Shown in pieces: positions 62,033-64,000 of a stretch of 64,000 bases of DNA. This DNA comes from a virus. Below the pieces are notes generated by a model, which saw only the letters and a program-made list of their open reading frames with translations, did no database searches and was not told where the DNA came from. The translations under genes were made by a program, and so were the position numbers. Every line of letters begins with the position of its first letter. Position 1 is the stretch's first letter. The DNA lies in the IMG/VR virus record IMGVR_UViG_3300030339_000006. One strand, written 5' to 3'.

Positions 62033-62670
62033 TGAAAGACAGTGATAAGGCAGTAGCCGGCGGGGCCGCAGCAGTGGTCCTCGGACATAAAGCACCGAAG
62101 AATATCCTGGGTTACGAGAAGGTTCACCACGGCACCAGTACAGAAGCTGCGGCCAGTATTCGTAAGACTGGTCTGCAGAAGAGCAAGTCGGGTACCGGTG
62201 TGTCAGCTAACGATGCAGCGATCGGTCGTGCCAAGATTGAAGAACTGAAGGGTAAAGTCTATACCGCCAAGATCAAGGCGACGGCGGATGCCCACCAGCC
62301 CGGCTTCCTGGGCCACAAGATGGGTGATACGGTCACTGCCCGTGTTCCTTATCGTGCTCCTCACCGCCTGGCGAAGGATAAAGTCTTCTCAGACCTGGTT
62401 GACCAAGCGAAGGGTGCGGAGAAGACCTCTGGGAAACATCAGCTGAAGAATCTGCGTATCTACAAGCACTCTATCCACCAGCGTTTCATCGAAGGGCCGG
62501 AGTATAAGGGTACCAAGCAGTTCGCCACCAAGGGCAACATCCGTCGTTATCTCGGTCAGGCCGGCGGTAAAGCCCGCTTCGCCAAGGGTGTCGCTCAGGC
62601 GGTAGGTGCCGGAGCTTCCGGTCTCTACGCTGCCGCTCACGCTCTGAAGGCGGCTAAGGAGAAAGTGTGA
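62032..62670 (+). CDS. Basic protein with an ADP-ribosyltransferase-like motif
   Basis: HHGTS..AA.SI..TGL ... KVYTA. Confidence 0.5.
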   Translation: MKDSDKAVAGGAAAVVLGHKAPKNILGYEKVHHGTSTEAAASIRKTGLQKSKSGTGVSANDAAIGRAKIEELKGKVYTAKIKATADAHQPGFLGHKMGDTVTARVPYRAPHRLAKDKVFSDLVDQAKGAEKTSGKHQLKNLRIYKHSIHQRFIEGPEYKGTKQFATKGNIRRYLGQAGGKARFAKGVAQAVGAGASGLYAAAHALKAAKEKV

Positions 62671-62987
62671 GTCTATACGATATTGCCCTAGGTATCCTCA
62701 AAGAGGCCGCCAATATCGAGGAGTTGAAAAAACAGCGGGATAAAGGACGGGGTAAGATTCTCGGCAGTGCCGCTACTATGGGCATTCTCCCCGCAGTAAT
62801 TGGCACTCAGGTGGCAGCGTATGATGTGGGTCTGAAGAAACTACCGAGCCGGGAGGGCATAAAGGCCATTGCCCGTCACGGTAAAGGTTCTGCCAAGATG
62901 ATGGGGAAATACATAGCCCCGATGGCAGGGGCAGCCACCCTTATCAACGAAGCTCGTTATCATATCCGTAAGCGTAAAGCTGATTGA
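62667..62987 (+). CDS. Basic protein with a KEAA motif
   Basis: ILKEAA; same composition as the upstream genes. Confidence 0.55.
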   Translation: MSLYDIALGILKEAANIEELKKQRDKGRGKILGSAATMGILPAVIGTQVAAYDVGLKKLPSREGIKAIARHGKGSAKMMGKYIAPMAGAATLINEARYHIRKRKAD

Positions 62988-63040
62988 TCTTGTAAAAGGT
63001 TAGCCCTTGGTTCATACTGAGGGCTCAACCTGGAGAACCT

Positions 63041-63268
63041 ATGAAAGACCAACACACTCTGATTAAGGGCTACCGCGACCTCACAGCGGACGACATCGAG
63101 CAGATGAACCAGATCAAGTCAGCCGGTAACGCACTGGGTGCCCTGATTGAAGCACTGCAGGAACTGGACGGCTTCGACCAACGCTTCATCGCACTGGGCA
63201 AGAGCGACATTCAGAAAGGCCTGGCGATGGTCATCCGCGGTATCGCACAACCGTCGACCTTCTGCTAA
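63041..63268 (+). CDS. acb2: Anti-CBASS cyclic-nucleotide sponge (Acb2/Vs.4 family)
   Basis: QH..IKGYRDL...I..MN.IK and R..A.GK.DIQ.G....IR.IAQP.TF. Confidence 0.9.
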   Translation: MKDQHTLIKGYRDLTADDIEQMNQIKSAGNALGALIEALQELDGFDQRFIALGKSDIQKGLAMVIRGIAQPSTFC

Positions 63269-63435
63269 TGGAGTGGTGGATGGTGTGCAACCTGATTCTC
63301 GCTGTCGGTATTCTCCTTATGATGATCTACAGCGATCTGATGGAGGCCAACATCAAGTATCGCCAGACCGGAGACAGCACTCCGATCAAAGAAGAAGTCG
63401 TTTGGTGGGCATTCCTCATCATACTGTTTAGCTAA
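63268..63435 (+). CDS. 55-aa membrane protein
   Basis: TAATG overlap with acb2; two hydrophobic segments. Confidence 0.45.
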   Translation: MEWWMVCNLILAVGILLMMIYSDLMEANIKYRQTGDSTPIKEEVVWWAFLIILFS

Positions 63436-63456
63436 GGCCCTCCGGGGCCTTTTTTG
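63434..63456 (+). terminator. Rho-independent terminator
   Basis: AAGGCCC-TCCG-GGGCCTTTTTT. Confidence 0.7.
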
Positions 63457-63464
63457 GAGCTATC

Positions 63465-63581
63465 ATGACCCTTACCTGGACACTGGCGATCATCGCCTTG
63501 ATAATTATTTTGATCATCATAATCGGCTATCCACAAGTCTTTCTCATCATCGGGGATATCCTTTCCATCTTTTTTGATTAA
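63465..63581 (+). CDS. 38-aa hydrophobic peptide
   Basis: GGAG RBS; Ile-rich TM. Confidence 0.45.
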   Translation: MTLTWTLAIIALIIILIIIIGYPQVFLIIGDILSIFFD

Positions 63582-63587
63582 AACCTG

Positions 63588-63616
63588 TTGACAGTTTTGA
63601 GTGGGTTAGTTAAAGT
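63588..63616 (+). promoter_or_regulatory. sigma70-type promoter for tRNA cluster 3
   Basis: TTGACA-17-TAAAGT. Confidence 0.65.
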
Positions 63617-63786
63617 TAACCCATCGCTCCCCGGTAGCTGGGAGCCTAAATGTTGAGGAGCCCAGTACGTGGACCTTCTCTGATAAGCTGCTAGACAGGG
63701 TTTGTAATCGAGGTTTTCTGCTTTTCCCTTGGTTAATTTTTCCCATATCGTCAGTAGCCCCGCTGATGTCGAAAGAGGGGCTTTAT

Positions 63787-63862
63787 GGTTCTGTAGCTCA
63801 GCGGTTAGAGCGCTCGCCTGTTAAGCGAGGGGTCGGTGGTTCGAATCCACCCAGTTCCGCCA
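63787..63862 (+). tRNA. tRNA-Asn(GTT)
   Basis: CT-GTT-AA; GCCA; two acceptor mismatches. Confidence 0.85.
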
Positions 63863-63921
63863 ATTTAGGAGGATCGATGTTAACATCAGAACAGTGTCGA
63901 TCTTACGAGAAGTTTTGTGTA

Positions 63922-64000
63922 GGGGCGGTGGCGAAATTGGTAGACGCACCGGATTTAGGTTCCGACGGGGAAACCCGTGAGAGTTCGAGTCTCTCCCGCC
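63922..64000 (+). tRNA. tRNA-Leu(TAG), cut by the window end
   Basis: GGCGAAATTGGTAGACGC D arm; TT-TAG-GT; long variable arm. Confidence 0.88.

Overview
A 64 kb segment of a large lytic tailed dsDNA phage, probably with an enterobacterial host (inferred from E. coli-like HU and ArfA and sigma70-type promoters). It is densely coding, almost all on the + strand. Replication genes: SSB, Cas4-like exonuclease, RNase H, fused primase-helicase, DEDDh exonuclease, ThyA, ATP-dependent ligase, HU and a RusA-like resolvase. The family A DNA polymerase is split into two genes 7.3 kb apart, with the break inside its proofreading domain. An inverted six-gene tail-fibre cassette and an embedded Rz/Rz1 spanin pair are present. 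Counter-defence and metabolism genes: NMNAT-Nudix plus NAMPT (NAD+ salvage, NARP2-like) and the Acb2 anti-CBASS sponge. Translation-related genes: 10 canonical tRNAs, 5 remodelled tRNA-like RNAs, an RlmN/Cfr-family methyltransferase, an Rmf-like protein and a 48-aa ArfA ribosome-rescue factor that the ORF track missed. Non-coding signals: a GGTATAAG motif before 14 transcription units, and a ~170 bp iteron/inverted-repeat element present twice, 35 kb apart (candidate origins). There are also several tandem or dispersed paralog arrays and a cluster of basic Gly/Ala-rich proteins punctuated by K-E-A-[AS] motifs. All family calls come from motif recognition by eye; no database searches were run.
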